A stretch of DNA of 64,000 bases from Anthoceros angustus (taxonomy: Eukaryota > Plantae > Anthocerotophyta), in assembly GCA_010909165.1 (NCBI GenBank), contig MU008167.1, forward strand, positions 434,001-498,000, in the 5' to 3' direction. Made by a program: the position numbers and the translations under genes. The notes below the pieces were generated by a model. It saw only the letters and a program-made list of their open reading frames with translations, was not told the DNA's origin and made no database searches. This document shows positions 63,226 to 64,000 of this stretch, piece after piece; position 1 is the first letter of the stretch; every line of letters starts with the position of its first letter.

Positions 63226-63658
63226 TCGCAAAACAAAAAAGTTTCAAGTTGTAGACGCTAGTGGCATGCAGCATTAGGGCCGCGTGCCGCTGGAACTTGT
63301 TGGGCTCGTTTCGTAGACTACAAGCTCCACGTCCTCTCACACGGACATTGGAAGTTGGAAACCGTTGGTGCAACAACTCATCTTATACAATGCCTTTCTT
63401 AATTGACTTAATTAGATTTTTTTTTTTTTGTCCTCGTGGGTCAGCGTCAAAGACCTGCGTCAAAACAATCAAGGGCGTGCTTCGCCCGACCAGCACGGCT
63501 TCTAATGGGCTCTTCTTCAGTGACTTGCTTGTCTTGACCGTGACGCGAATTCCTTCACAAGGAGTTCGACAACATTTGGTTTCTTCAACCGTGGACCCTT
63601 GTGGGGTGGCCGGACTGTGTGTGGAAAGCCCGACTGCCCGGATGAAAGAAGGCTCAGC

Positions 63659-64000
63659 ATGCCGAGAGGCAAAATGCGCAAGCTTGAAGATCTAAGTGCA
63701 TCGGCATGGGTTTTGTCGCAGCCCATCTGGGCATTCCCGTTACCATCTGTTTCCTCTGCTTCTCCATCGCTGCATCTGCTGAACCTGCAGGCGATTACAC
63801 GGGTTGTACAAGATCTGGAGCTTCCGCCGGGTGATGGGTGGCCAGCCAATTCCGATCCCTGCTCCACCTGGAATGGTTCAATTGGATGTGACCCGACGGG
63901 GACTTACATCATCAACATTACTCTCAACAGTCGGAATCTCAATGGGATCGTGCCTCCAGCCCTGGCCAACCTGACCCAGCTCACCCTTCTCGATTTGAGC
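63659..64000 (+). CDS. LRR protein/receptor-like kinase N-terminal region (LRRNT cap + first LRR), runs off the window
   Basis: GWPANSDPCSTWNGSIGCDP...IINITLNSRNLNGIVPPALANLTQLTLLDLS; true start uncertain. Confidence 0.85.
   Translation, partial: MPRGKMRKLEDLSASAWVLSQPIWAFPLPSVSSASPSLHLLNLQAITRVVQDLELPPGDGWPANSDPCSTWNGSIGCDPTGTYIINITLNSRNLNGIVPPALANLTQLTLLDLS

Overview
Eukaryotic nuclear DNA from a land plant, most likely a non-seed lineage (hornwort/bryophyte/lycophyte-like; inferred from ~60-120 bp introns, compact genes and a bryophyte-type 5S rRNA 3' end). Apparently intact genes: a full-size ABCA transporter, the plastid ACCase carboxyltransferase alpha subunit (CAC3), a C3H6-like protein with a PP1-docking motif, an F-box/kelch protein, Toc75, a Gnk2/DUF26 small secreted protein, a group-4 LEA with an ABRE/CE3-rich promoter, and the start of an LRR protein. 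Intergenic DNA holds many fragments of a CRE-like (RLE) non-LTR retrotransposon, a decayed copia, a MULE transposase fragment, a MIP2/Sec39 gene fragment, minisatellites and several local duplications that may be assembly artefacts. The most striking item is an AT-rich block (22945-34165) between two divergent genes. It appears bounded by degenerate inverted repeats and carries a decayed prokaryote-type beta-class N4-cytosine/N6-adenine DNA methyltransferase, two unidentified ORF remnants, a nested copia and a 651-bp foldback element with piggyBac-like ends. All calls are by eye; no database searches were run.
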